Assembly (NCBI GenBank): GCA_016938685.1
Contig: JAFGUD010000510.1
Span: forward strand, 10,568-74,567
From: Bacteroidales bacterium
GTDB taxonomy: Bacteria; Bacteroidota; Bacteroidia; Bacteroidales; JAFGUD01
Length of the DNA: 64,000 nt
Reading direction: 5' to 3'
Positions within the stretch are counted from its first letter, which is position 1. The number at the start of each line of letters is the position of its first letter. The translations under genes and the position numbers were made by a program. Below are positions 46,824 through 61,200 of this stretch, one piece after another. The notes under the pieces are model-generated. The model had not been told where the DNA came from and searched no databases. It saw only the letters and a list, made by a program, of their open reading frames with translations.

Positions 46824-46871
46824 AAGAATGTTTGATTATTTTTTATTGTAAAAAACATCAAACATTCTTTC
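46824..46871 (-). promoter_or_regulatory. 14-bp intercistronic stem-loop between the PKD-protein and BNR-protein genes
   Basis: aaagaatgtttgat (46824-46837) / atcaaacattcttt (46858-46871). No T-run on either strand. Confidence 0.45.
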
Positions 46872-46899
46872 GGTTATATAAAAATACTATGCATTAATT

Positions 46900-49248
46900 T
46901 TATTTAATAATAATTTTTTGATACATAGTTTTTCCATTGAGTTCATAATTAATAAAATACAATCCTTTTGAGTAGCTTCTCATATCTATCTGTCCATTAG
47001 AAACGATTTCTCCTTGATAAACGATTACTCCACTTGGACTAATAATACGAATAGTAGTAGGACTCATAGAAACAATATTAATAATTCCTGTAGAAGGATT
47101 TGGATAAATCAATAACGACACATTGTTTTCTGTTAAGCTTAAAGGTGTCATAACCACATCAACATTATCGTCTATTCCGTCAACAGTAAATGAACTAGAA
47201 TAATTATTAAACCCGGTTGCAGTAACATCAAAATCATAGTCTCCATTAACTAAATCTATTGTTGCGTTTCCATCAACATCTGTGGTTATTGCAGAATATC
47301 CATCAACTGTAATTGTCGCCAAATTAATAGCATCAGAACCGTCTGTTACATTAAATGTAATTGTATATTCAGTTGCTGTTAGAGTTACAGGAATTGCTTC
47401 ATTTCCAGCACTAATAGTGAAGTTTCCATTAGCAGAATCGTAACCTGGGGCATCAACAGTATAGTCATAAGAACCATCATACAAACTAAAAGTAGCAACT
47501 CCTAAACCATCAGTAGTTTGAGTCCCCTCACCAGTAACAGTAACAGTAGCTCCAGAAACAGGATTTGTTCCGTCAGTAACAGTAAACACTGCGTCATAAG
47601 CAAGTATTTCGACCAAAGTCACATCAACCGGAACGTTTGCATCACTAACAGTAAATGAATTATTATTTGTTTCATAACCACTTGCAGACACACTGTAATT
47701 ATAAGTTCCGTTATATAAATCAAAAGTAGCAACTCCTGAAGAATTGGTTGTAGCAGAACCTTGTCCTGTTATTGATACAATTGCGCCTGAAATAGGATTT
47801 GTTCCGTCAGTAACAGTAAATGTAACAGTATAATTACTTCCACATCCACCGCCAGCACTAATATAATTCATTTTTGTAATAGTAACAGGGCTATTTGAAT
47901 ACGTACTGTTTGTGGCAATCATTTGAATACTATAGCACCCTGCCTGATAAAACTGAATAGAAGGATTTTCAGAAGTATTTGAAGTAAAATTAACAAACCC
48001 CCAATGAACTCCGCTAGTACCTGGACTTACAGCCCACTGATATGTTGTAGTTCCTTGAAGAGGATCCCCAGTTGAAACTGTAATATCACTTGTGAAATCA
48101 ACAATTCCGTTAGTTGCAACAGAGGTATTATCAGCTATGAAGTCAGCAACTAGTTCAGGAGCTGCAGTAACTGTAATATAGTCCACTTTTGTTTCTGTAT
48201 CAGATCCTAGTGTGGTATTTGTGGCCGTTAAAGCTACCGTATATGTGCCGGGTTGAGTAAATTTAACTTGTGGTTCAACAGAAGTAGAGCTAGTAGCGTT
48301 TTCATAAGTAACATTATTTGGTGAAAAAGACCAAGTCCAAGTATTATTATTTAAAGGTTCTGTTTCATTATAAAAAGTAAAAACATCATCTGTTGTTCCA
48401 GTTGTGATATCAGCAGAAAAGTCGGCAACAACATTCGTGTAATCCGGACGATACCATTTCAAAGAGTATGTAGTACCCTTGCCATCTTTTGATGTTGTTT
48501 CAGAAGATTCAACATAAGACATAACAGGGCCTTCAACGCCTTCAACGAACCAATAATAAGCAATATCTTCTATTACAGCAGTTGACATAACCGTATTTCC
48601 TGCCCCAAAATCTGCCCACAGTTTTAAGTCAAATGTTTCTGTAACTTTTACTCTTAAAGCATCATGATATGTTTTATGAGGTAACATAAGTGTTCCATAA
48701 CCATCTACTTTAAATTGATAAGAACCACTTTCAACAGTAACATCAGTTTCAACACCGTATCCGGCGTCCCAAGCTCCTGCACCAACAAATGAATAATTAA
48801 GTGCTGACGAACCGCCAGTCCAAGTGAAAGGATAAGGATTAAGGTTAATTGAAGTTGGATCATAAGCTACCCACATTTCAACACCTCCTTCATTTGCATA
48901 AAACCCTGAACGCCTCCAACCGTCACCGCCATCTTTATCATAATAAAAATAACCATTTGTAGCTCCATCTATTTGTTCTGCGACATCTACATTAGGCATA
49001 AAACCAACCATTGGTAATCCTGTCGTATCAATATACGAAACGGTTTGACTATTTGTTTCTGCTTTATCAGTAAAATCCCAAACAACATTTGCACCTTCAG
49101 CTCCAGGATCAAAAGCATCAGCACCAAATACATTTCTGTAGATTATTTCATCTCCTAAATCAAAAGCATTGTCACTAGTGATAGTAATCTGTGAAAAACC
49201 GGCTACTGAAAATAACAGTACCATAAAAAATAAACCTAATTTCTTCAT
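46900..49248 (-). CDS. PKD-domain + three CarboxypepD_reg-like repeats protein with T9SS C-terminal sorting domain
   Basis: Signal peptide; two PKD-like modules; three ~85-aa repeats (FTVTDGTNP.SGA.V...G.ATF.LY.G.Y.Y); C-terminal LLIYPNPSTGIINI...MYQKIIIK. Confidence 0.8.
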   Translation of the reverse strand: MKKLGLFFMVLLFSVAGFSQITITSDNAFDLGDEIIYRNVFGADAFDPGAEGANVVWDFTDKAETNSQTVSYIDTTGLPMVGFMPNVDVAEQIDGATNGYFYYDKDGGDGWRRSGFYANEGGVEMWVAYDPTSINLNPYPFTWTGGSSALNYSFVGAGAWDAGYGVETDVTVESGSYQFKVDGYGTLMLPHKTYHDALRVKVTETFDLKLWADFGAGNTVMSTAVIEDIAYYWFVEGVEGPVMSYVESSETTSKDGKGTTYSLKWYRPDYTNVVADFSADITTGTTDDVFTFYNETEPLNNNTWTWSFSPNNVTYENATSSTSVEPQVKFTQPGTYTVALTATNTTLGSDTETKVDYITVTAAPELVADFIADNTSVATNGIVDFTSDITVSTGDPLQGTTTYQWAVSPGTSGVHWGFVNFTSNTSENPSIQFYQAGCYSIQMIATNSTYSNSPVTITKMNYISAGGGCGSNYTVTFTVTDGTNPISGAIVSITGQGSATTNSSGVATFDLYNGTYNYSVSASGYETNNNSFTVSDANVPVDVTLVEILAYDAVFTVTDGTNPVSGATVTVTGEGTQTTDGLGVATFSLYDGSYDYTVDAPGYDSANGNFTISAGNEAIPVTLTATEYTITFNVTDGSDAINLATITVDGYSAITTDVDGNATIDLVNGDYDFDVTATGFNNYSSSFTVDGIDDNVDVVMTPLSLTENNVSLLIYPNPSTGIINIVSMSPTTIRIISPSGVIVYQGEIVSNGQIDMRSYSKGLYFINYELNGKTMYQKIIIK

Positions 49249-49268
49249 AATTTTAAAATTTTAAAGTT

Positions 49269-52200
49269 TTAATTGTGCAATATTATCTTTTTTGTGTATA
49301 TTTTATCATTAATATATACAATTATAGTGTACATTCCTTCTGAAACATAATACAAATCATATATATTATATCTCAATGAAGGATGATGTTCTTCAATAAG
49401 TCTCCCCGACACATCAAAAATACTAATTTTTGTGTTATTATCAGGTATTTCTTTTGTGTTTATGAAAACCTTCATCAAATCACTATAAATTACCACATCT
49501 TGTTCTTCTTGAGTTTTATTTGCTTCTATAGTTTGTTCTAATTTATTGAACCAAATAACAAAACGATCTCTAAAAACACCTGGTTCTGAATGGAAAACAT
49601 ATTGATTTTCAGGACTTAACTTAACACTTACATTTCTATAATTATCTCTTAAGTATGCACTTGTAGAATCGGGCAAATTTATTTGATTTGAAATTATTGA
49701 ATACTGTCCGCTCGTACCTACTTTTATTCCCAAAGGAACAATTGTATTATCTTCAATATTTGGACAACTAGCTATAGAAAGGTTTAAGTTATCGTCACTA
49801 ATTGAAAACAGATACGGTACTTCATCAGAATATCCAACAAGTTTTATAGCGTCCAATTGCCCATCGAAGTTATTTGTTGCATTAGGAATAAAACGCAAAA
49901 CTACCTCATCTTCAATTAGTTCATTATCAATAGACAATCTTATTGTTGGAGGTTCAGCAACGGGAGATTTATAAAAAGCAGTAGGATTATGAATTCTGGA
50001 ATCATTTGTTACCTGAATTGAAGCACCTGGAGCATTTGCTCTTACAAAAAATGATTGACCAATCGGAATGCAACCAGACACACGGTTTATAACAATTGAA
50101 GGATACGGATTCAAATTAGATTCAGGTAAAAAATAAGAATAATTATTATAAGAACCTGAGCCGTCATCTTTGTAAAAATATATAGCTCCATCTATGTTTA
50201 TTTTGGAAATATTATCATTATCATACCAATTTAATGTCGAAGGATAAGGATTCCCAACAAGATTCCAACCATCAAAAACAGCATTGCCGTGTGTGCCAGT
50301 ATTATCTGTATATGTTAGATTATATAGAATATTTCCATCGTTAAATTCACCTTCGTAATTAATTGTATCTTCCAATTGGTAAGTAATGTACCCTTGCATA
50401 ACGTTCAATATTCCTGTAGCATTTGTCCAGCCCATTAAACCACCCGTGAAATTATCCATACTCCATGAATCCGATAGACTTTCATCGTACCAATAGAAAT
50501 TTGGAGCAAAAAACAATCCAGCGTCAGCATCTACAATTGGACTTGAAATATAATGCCACATTGCCTCACTAATATAACTTTGCACAGTTGTTGTGCCAGC
50601 TCCGTAATTTATTACTCCTTTGTTAATAAAAGAACCTGTTCCTGTTGGATCAGATTGAACAACAAAATCTCCGTTTTGATTCATATTTCCCCAAACTGTT
50701 AAATATTTATTTGGAGCAATATATAAATGCGCGCCTGCCTGAATTGTCAAATTTTTAGTTTCTGCAAGGTTATCTATATTGCTGTTAGTTTCAGGGAAAT
50801 AGCCTCCAACCGGAGTAGTAGGAATTACAACATTTGTAGCATTTGAAACATAAGTATTAGGTAACCAGTTTGTTACTATATTCCAATCGTTACTAGTGTT
50901 TCCAGTCCAAATAACGCTTCCGAGATATTCGTCGGCTCCAATATATGGTGGATTTTGACGAGTTTCTCCGTCTAAGTCAATTGTTATTCCGGTAGAATTA
51001 TCTCCAACTTGCAATCCTGCATTTTCTGTATGCAAATTGGTTATAGACAAATAAACTGGGTTAATTGTTATCGAATTTGCTCCTTTTCCTACAAAATCAG
51101 GCAAGAAATTATTGAAATTTTCGATTGAATTTATTAAACTTGTAACATCATAACTAATTGCAGAAGCTGATATAAAATTATTGTTTTTTATATTTAAAAA
51201 TTCAGCCGTATTAATTCTTATTCCGCTACCATTTGGACTTAAAACATTGGTACTATTGAATAAAACATTGATGTATTCACTACTTCCTGTACTACTCTCG
51301 ATGTTTATACCGTAGCTTGTTGCAGAATTTCCAATAGCCAGCATGTTGTTAATTAATTGAGCTTCATTACCCAAAGAACAAGCAACATCATCTAAAAACA
51401 AACCATAACCATCAGCAGACGAAGAAGATATGATGTTACCAATCAAATAAAATTCGGTATTTGCAGTTATACAAGATATTCCTCTAAAATCGTTTCGTGT
51501 TGAATTTGTTGAAAAATCATTATTTAAAATAAATGGAGAACTAATATTTTGAAGCCATAATCCACCAGCCGACTGATTTTTAAACACATTATTAATTAAA
51601 TAAAGACTATCTATATTTTGACTAGAATTTTTACCAGTTATATTAAGAGCAAAACTTCCGTTATTAAATTCACAATTATTAAAATTGATATTTCCGGAAT
51701 TTGTAATTGTATCCTTTGTATAAACTAAAGCAAAATCATTAGTATTTAAGGCAGTTGAAATCCCATTAAATTCACAATCGACAAAATTAATATGATGTGT
51801 ATTTTCTGAAATTTCAAGAACTCTGCCATTTGTTGCACCTAAAGCTCTAAAATCGAAATTTTTAAAAGTAATATATTTTGTTCTATACAACTTTAGAGTA
51901 TAGTTCTCATCAATATCAGAATCGTATTGAAGAACTGCACTTCCACAGTCATCACACCAAGTTTCAAAAGTAATTGTATTAGTTTCACTTGCACCGCATA
52001 TAGTTCCAATTTGGATTTGCTCATCAAAAGCAATATCAGCCACATTAAAATGAACAGGTCCACTAATACCAAATAGTTCCAGACTATCTATTGCTGATTG
52101 AAAATCAGGAAAACTTCCGGTTCCATCAATTATTCTGTCTCCTTCCATCGCATCAACAGGATTAAAGGCAACATTTCCTTCAAGCAAAATCTGAAAATCA

Positions 52201-55200
52201 CAAGTATTTCCTGCTACACCATCGATTGTAATATAATACTGAGTTTCGGGCAACAAATCCAATGGATTCCACACAATATCATTTTCATTTCCGGGATAAG
52301 CACAAAAAACCTCAGTATGATTATCGGGTTCGCATGCTGGTTCTGCGTCTAATCGTGTTATTGCTACCTGAAGTCCAGTACCTCCAGGAGAGCAAACAAT
52401 ATTGTCAAAAGTTACCGAAACTTCTCCGCCCCTACAATTTGTTGTAAAATAATACCACGAAGTATTTTCAAGTGTAACACCAGAGCATGGGGTTGTAGAA
52501 AAATCAGGATCTTCAAAAAGATTTACAGTTGCATTATCGTTACTTGTTGCACTTGTTGTTGCATTTATGAGTTCAATTGCTGCAACGCAATTATCATTAC
52601 AATGCGGAAATTCATCAACTCGTGCATAAATTGTGTCATTAATAGGAATTTCGTCAATCATTCCATTTGGATTTTGTATCCAAACTACTAGAGAACTAGG
52701 TCTTGGATCAATATTGTACATTTGTAATTCGGTAACATGGATACCATTTGATGCTTCGCCATAAGTATTGTACATTCTATAATAACGATAAGAGACAGTA
52801 TTATCAAAATAAAAATTCTGCCAAGTATTCATGCTTAGATTTCCATAATAAATATTATCCAAAACATCCCAATTAGAACCATCATTTGAACCTTGAAATT
52901 GCCAAGTTCCGGGGTTATAAATTTCATTTCCACTATATCCGGGTGTTTCAGAAGAACTACAATAAATTCTGTATGTATTAACAGAAGCTTCATTTCCAGC
53001 ACCTAAATCATACTGCAACCAACATGGCATTACGTAGGTATTAGACCAGCCTGAGGTTGAAATATTTCCATCAAATGCTCTGCTTGGAGAACTTCCGGAA
53101 TATGTATGACTTGCAGAAGCAGTACCACCTGTGCAAATATTATTGCCTAATGACAACCCATTTGGAATTGTAATATTTGGAATTATGATGGTTTCAAACT
53201 GACCGGCTTCAATATTAACAGGATAAGTATTACAAGTTAATGAACCATCTATATCATAACAAACATCAATAGAAGTAATTGTATTTGGATCAGTAGCAAC
53301 TCCATTATTATCAACAGCACTTGTAGAACCAATCCAACACGTATTAATATCCATATTTACAAGAGTTCCATCATGTCCATTTCCGGTAACGTCGGTTAAA
53401 ACTGAGCTTCCGGCGCCATCTTCCATTTGATAATAGGCAACTAAACCTCCTTCTGATCCAAGTAAAGTATTACAAATATTAGATCTTAATTCATCTCCTG
53501 ACAATGCATAGTCCCAAATCCTAACTTCATCAAGAGCTGCATTTGTTGGGTAAGAACTATTATTACGTGCTCCTAAATACCAATTAGAAGCAGCTATAGA
53601 ATAATTTCCACTTCGAGTATATATTTCTTCTCCATTTAGAAAAACTTTTAATTCTACACCATCAGAAGTAACTGCAACGTGTGACCAATCACCTACAGGC
53701 AAATATCTTCCGGTATTTATCCAAGAACCAATTGCCGGAATATAAAAATACAAAAGGCCACTGTTCATTTTAACAATTTCAAATCTATTGCTTTCTGCTA
53801 CAACGGACATTCTATAATCTCCAACTCCATCTGCAGGATTAAGTATCCAATATTCAGCTGTAAAGTTTGATAATTCAGGAAATGCTCCTAGTTCAATTCT
53901 GTCATTTGAGTTATCAAATTGAATAGCAGTTTGCCCCTCAAAAGGACATGGATCAAACAACTGACAGAAATTATTTCGATTTGCAATATCTACTTCAAGC
54001 TGATATTCTGTTCCATAACAACCTGAAACACTTACTAACTCAGCATCTAAATCTGTATCTGTAATTGTAATATTATCAAAAGCAAAAAAGTTTCTAGAAC
54101 GATAGTCTGTGGTCCCTGAAACGCCATAATAAGCATAACCGGAAATTCTTAATTTAACACATGATTGTCCTTTCAGATTACATAAATTATGCTCTACATA
54201 AGTCCAATCATCAAACGGATTTTGTTGATTATTATACCAATAATTTGTATTGCCGGCATACCAATCAGGATCAGCATCAGTTCCGAGCTGAGTCCAAGTA
54301 GTACCACCATTTATAGAATATTCAACATGAAAATAAGAATAGTAATTATAAAGCTGATATTTAATTTGAAAAGATAAAATCGGATTTTCTACTTCAGTAA
54401 AATCAAAAACAGGACTTTCAACCCATAACAATTCATACGATCCATGTGTCGAAACATCAACATACCATGAATCTCCATTAGTTTCATTTCCATTAAGATA
54501 ATCAAATTGTCCGTGAACAAAGTTTCTGGTAGGAGTTGCTGAATTATTACCAGTTCTCCAATATTCTGTTCCATTATTAAAGTCAGCATAATAAGGAAAT
54601 GTATTAATCAAGGTATCAAGAGTTGTTATAGACTGATGAATAGTATCATTCGATGGAAAGTCATCTGGAATTAAATCTGTATATGCTGTAAAATTATAAG
54701 TACCTACACTTCTCAAGTCAACAGAAGTAGGAAATGTGTATATTACGCTAGTATTTGCCGGAATATTAACTGTTCCTGACAAATTATAAATAATACCCCC
54801 AGGACCTTCAATATCACAATAAACAGGAACATTAACCAAATCATGACAAGAAGCACTTTTAACTCTTACTGTTACTTCTTTTGTCTCATCAAAAGTACAA
54901 GGTGCTTCATTATTGATAGGGGTAATAAAATCACTAACTGAGGCATCTTGAAATCCATCAATAATTCTAAAATTATCAAAACCGAAATAATTTCGATCTC
55001 GATAATCTGTTACTCCGGAAATGCCATAATAAGCGTAACCTAAAACTCTAAATTTTACGCATGACTCGCCTGCAAAAGAACATAAATTATGAAAAACTGT
55101 TGTCCAATCATTTACCTCATTTGGATAATTTCCGTACCACCAATTTGTATTACCTTCGTACCAATCTGGATCTGAATTATTTCCAAGTTGAGACCAAGTA

Positions 55201-58200
55201 TTTCCACCATTTAAAGAATATTCAACATGAAAGTATGAATAATATGTAGAAAGTTCATATTTTATATCCATTAATAAAAAAGGATCAGTAACAGCTGAGA
55301 AATCAAAAACAGGACTTTCTGCCCAAATTTTATAATATTCTGCATGACGCGTTACATCTACATACCAACTTTCTCCTTCTCCTTCAGCCCCATCAAGATA
55401 TGGTATATTTCCCCATACAAATTCCCTTCCTCTATCTAAATCAGGCAATGTAGGCTCGTCACCACCTGCCAGCCAATAATCATTATCTCCGTTAAAATCT
55501 GCGACATAAGGATATGTTGTTATTCGCGGGAATGGCACAAAAATGCTCATTTGAGTATCATCATTATCCAGATTTGCATCAGGAACAAGACTTGTATAAG
55601 CATCGAAATGATAATTACCAATAGGCAACATATCAAAAGTTCCCGAAAAAGTATAATCAACAGAAGAGCCTGGAGCAATACTTGCAACTGTTCCAGAAAA
55701 AGAAGCTAATGGAGTTCCATTAAACGTAACATCAACATTAACAGGGACATCAACTGCTTCTGTACAACTCCAATTATAAACTGTAACAGTAACTATTTGA
55801 GCATCAGAATATAAACAACCAACATCGTTTGGGTCGGGATCAATAATTGCCGTAACTCCCACGTCTTGTGCATCGATAATCTGAAAATTATCCATAGCAA
55901 AATAATTTCTTTCGCTATAATCAGTTTGGTCTGTTAAGGTATTATTTGATTGCTGTGGTCCGTAATACGCATAACCATAAATTCTAAATTTAACACAAGA
56001 TTGTCCCGTTAGTTCACATAATTTCCGTTGATAAGAGGTCCAAGAATCAACACTATTTGGATAATTTCCATACCACCAATTTGTACTTCCTTCATACCAA
56101 CCGGGATCTGCGCTCGAACCAAGTTGTGTCCAACTAGTGCCACCGTTTATTGAATACTCTACATGAAAATAAGAATAGTAAGTTGATAGTTCGTACTTTA
56201 AATCAAGTTTAAGAATTGGGTCAACAGCACCGGATAAATCAAAAACAGGCGATTCAACTCCAATCATTGTTGTGTTACCATTTGTAGTTGTCTCAACATA
56301 CCAACTATCTCCTTGTCCGTCAGCTCCATTCAGATAAGGTACTTCTCCGCGTCTAAAATGCCTTGTTCCATCAACATTTGAATTTACTCGAGAAACCCAA
56401 CCACCATTTCCGGAGTTAAAATCTTCAAGATAGTTATTTCCGGGAGAAACAGCAATTGGCGAATTATTTATTCTAATTTCGGAATAAGAATCATTAGAAT
56501 TATCCATGTCAGTCGGGAGGCTTGTTGTAACTGTAATCGTGTGATTTCCAATAGCCGACAAATCTGCAGTAGCTGTAAATGTGTATAAATAACTTCCAAA
56601 ACGAGGAACAGGTCCAGGCATAACTTCTGTGGCAATGTCTGTACCATCAACATTTAAAGTAATTGGAACATCATATAATGGTCGGCATAGATTATTATTT
56701 ACTACAACCTGTATTGTTTCATTAGAAGAAGAAGAACCGCAAACACCTGAATTATTGAGAGTTATAGCAATAGGTTCTGCGTCATCGCTTGTTCCTCCAT
56801 CTATTCTAAAATTATCAATTGCAAAATAATTTCTGTCTCGATAATCGGTTGTTCCTGAAATACCATAATAAGCATAACCATATATTTGAAATTTCACACA
56901 CGGTTCACCGGATAATTCACATAAATCTCGTTCGAAATTAGTCCAATCTGTAACAGGAGTTGCGTAATTTCCATACCAATAATTTGTGTTTCCCTGATAC
57001 CAATTAGGATCTGCATTTGTTCCAAGTTGATACCAAGTAATTCCTCCATCTTTTGAATATCGTACCTGAAAATAAGAATAATATGTAGAAAGTTGATATT
57101 TTAAATCCATAGAAAGAACAGGATTAGAGACATCAGAAAAGTCAAAAACCGGACTTTCAACCCAAATTAACTCATAAGAACCATGAGTTGTAACATCAAC
57201 ATACCAAGAATTACCTTCTCCTTCATGACCATCAAGATAAGGTAAAGTACCCCAGACAAATTCCCTGCCACTCGGCTGATTGTTTCCTCCGGCAATCCAA
57301 TATCCATCATTTGAATTAAAATCTTCAACATACGGATAAGTAGTTATTTTTGGAAAATCTACGGAAATAGATACTCTTGCAGTATCGTTATCATGACTAA
57401 TATCACCAGGCATTTCAGTCCAGGAAGTAAAATTATAAATCCCCATTGGGGTCATATCAAATGTGGCTGGAAAAGCATAACTTGTTGTTCCATTAGCTGT
57501 TACAACAGGTACTGTTCCTGAAAATAATAAAGGAGAAAAAGCATAATCGGGATGACCAACAGGTAATTCAACCAGACATTTTACCGGCGCATTATATACT
57601 TCACCACAACCATAATTTCTAACTGAAATTGTAACTGTTTGATTTTGACTGTATAAACAACCGGATGCTGATGAATTTGGGTCTGTAATAGCAAATACTC
57701 CAACTTCAGGACTATCTATTATTTTAAAATTATCAAAAGCAAAGTAATCTCTTTCACTGTAATCAGTTTGTGGCATCAAATAATTATTATCAGCTTGAGG
57801 TCCATAATAAGCATAACCATAAACTCTGAATTTTACGCATGATTTTTCGGAAGGATCTAATGAAACAATATTACACAAACTATGCTGAACTGTTGTCCAT
57901 TCATCTATTTCGTCAGGATAATTTCCGTACCACCAATTTGTGTTTCCTTCGTACCAACTTGGGTCAGCATTTGTGCCAAGTTGTGTCCAGTTTGATCCAC
58001 CATTGATAGAATATTCAACATGAAAATAAGAATAATAAGTAGATAAACTGTATTTTATATCCATAAAAAGAACCGGATCTGATGCTCCATTAAGATCAAA
58101 AACTGGCGATTCAGCCCAAATAAGAGTTGTGTTTCCATGAGTCTTTGTTTCAACATACCAACTTTCTCCTTCTCCTTCAGCTCCGTTCAAATAAGGAACT

Positions 58201-61200
58201 TCGCCGAGTCTAAAATGCCTTGACCCTTCTGTATTAGAGTTTATCCTTGAAACCCAACCATTATTACCGCTTATAAAATTCTCTTCATACGGATTTAATC
58301 CATCTACTAAGATTTTGTTATTAATCCTTAATTCGGTTAAAATATCATTAGAATTATCACCATCAGTAGGTAGATTTGTAGTTGCAACAATGGTATGATT
58401 TCCTGGAGTACTCAAATCAGCAGTTACTGAAAAAGTATAAAGATAACTTGCATTTCCGGGTATTGGTCCTGCTACTATTTCATTTATTACAGCCCCTCCA
58501 TCAACCTGAATAGAAACAGGCACATTAGACAATAGACGACAAGTGTTGTTATTTATCAAGACTTGCATTGTTTCCGCATTTGAAAAAGAGCCACAAGTAC
58601 TTGAATTAGTTAAAGTTAACGCAACTGGTTGAATGTCATCAGGAATCCCTTCTGAAATATAAAAATTATCTACTGCAAAATAATTCCTGTCTCTATAGTC
58701 TGTTGTCCCGGAAATTCCGTAGTAGGCATAGCCGGAAATTCTAAATTTCACACAAGGTTCACCTGAAAGCTTACAAAGTTGATGTTCAACATGTGTCCAA
58801 TCAGTAACAGGTGTTGCTTGGTTTCCGTACCACCAGTTAGTGTTCCCTTCATACCAGTAGGGATCTGCATCACTACCGATATAATACCAATTTGCTCCAT
58901 CATTTATTGAATATTCAACATGAAAATATGAATAATAAGTTGACAATTGATATTTTAGATCCATTGAAAGAACAGGATTATTAAGAGTTGAGAAGTCAAA
59001 AACAGGACTTTCAAGCCAAATCAAATCATAACTGCCTTGAGTTGTTGCTTTTATGTACCAACTATTACCCTCTCCCTCGGGACCGCCCAAATATGGTAAT
59101 TCTCCATAAGCAAACTCTCGTCCATGATGATTCGGGATAGCTGTATTCGGGGGTTGATGGTCGGGTCCTTCTTGACGCCAACCTGCTCGTGAAATATTAA
59201 AATCTTCAGAATAAGGATATGTTTGAACTAGCTGACGGCGACCTTCTTTTAATGTATTATTTGTTAAATTTCCATCAATTGCAGGTAATTGTGGTTCTGC
59301 ATTTAAAATAAAGTGATACACGTCATCTGCCGACATATCAATTGTAGCAACTGTTACATCAACATAACTATTTGCAGGAATAGTAGCAATTGAACCGGAG
59401 TAAGTTCCTGTAAAACCACCCGAAATATCGCATGTCCAGTCAATATCGGTAACATCATCAAAACTATAATTGTAAACTCTGATTGTTACAGATTCGGAGT
59501 TTGTATATGTCTCTCCACAATTCAAATATTCAGGAGTTACAAGTTGAGAAACACCAACATCATTTCCCCCAAAAATATTAATATCATCAATATACCAATA
59601 ACGACCTACAGCACTAACTTCTTTATACCGAAACCTCACAATAACAGATGAATATCCAGACAAATAAGGAGTTAGATCAATAATTGTTTTAACTGGAGCT
59701 GTTAAATCGCCGACAGGAATCTCAGAATTTGTATTTACAATTATCCAAGTATTTCCTCCATCTGTACTAATTTCAACATAACCATAAGTATTTTCAACGC
59801 CATACCAATATTCGTAGTAACTTAGATAAACAGAACTCAAATTACAAAAATAAACTTCGGGAGATCTAATCCAAGCTTCATTTGGTGTAACACCAGAACC
59901 CAAAGCCCAATCATCAAAAACAGCATAATATCCTCCACTAGCGCTAGATAAACCAGGAGTATTTTGAATTTTCCAATTATTTGTTCCTTGTAAATATCCT
60001 ACTGACCAACCTGTTGGTAAAGCTGACGTTGGAAAAGTTTGGTATAAAAACCCATTGTTTTCTTCACAAATTATTTCTTGACCTGCACCCGAAAACACAG
60101 AGCCATTTAAAGGACAAGTAATTGTTGTTAATGGTGAAGTTGCAATTTCAACATTTCCTGTGCCAGCAGTTGAAGGATATGACGTCCAAACACCTGTTGA
60201 GTTCCTAACTGCCAAAATATTAGCAACATTTCCATTTACATCATCAGGGTCAATATAATCATAATTTAACTGATAATTATATGATGTCATAGTTGAACTA
60301 AAAGACCAGTATCGACTTAAAAAATCTGAATAGGAAGTAATAGTAGGATGGGCACCATCAGTAAGATTTACACCCACATAACCAGCTGAGTTAGTAAAAA
60401 AAGATAATCGAGCCGGTGTATATTCAATTGTTCCTATATTATCTCCAACAGGAAAAACAAATTCAATGGTAGAATTTGTACCAAAGTATTTTCGTAATTG
60501 TCCTATTCCGCTAGAAACAACCATATTAGAAACCGTCGGAACCCCGTCATAAGCTGTTAAATTATTAACATTAGAAAGAGTTAAGTCAAAATCAGATAAC
60601 TCGAACAATCCATCGATTAAATGCAGTGTAGTAGAAACAGTTGCATTTGCAGAAAGTGTTACTCCATTATTGTTGTTAATTGATAATTCTCTTGCTCCTA
60701 CAAAACCCGAACCGGTTATTTGAGCAACAAGACCGTCATATATGTAATTTGCAGCAGTTCCATACGTTCTGATACCTGAAACCTGAATATTTCCAGATGC
60801 TTCGCCAGCCAAAGAAATTCCAGCTGAATTACCAATGTAAAGATAAGCAGAAGAAGTACTTATATTTGAAAATCCACCTGAGCCACTAATGATTTTATCA
60901 TAAAGAAAAAAATTGCCATAATTCTGAATATCTGAAGATGATGAAATATTGATATTCAAATAAACTGAACCGCCTGAATTATTTCTAAAATATCCTAAAC
61001 CTAAAAACCCTGCATTCAAATAAACCTGAGCAAGATTTTGCACATAAAAATATCGTCCTGTGCCTATTTCAAAATTATTATTCAAATTTAAAATTGTATT
61101 TGAATTTGCATAAACATCAATACCATCGCCTTTGTATGTCCCTCCTGTTTTAGTGTAATCTTTTGGTATTCCGGCACTTTGGAAATAAATAGTTTGAATT

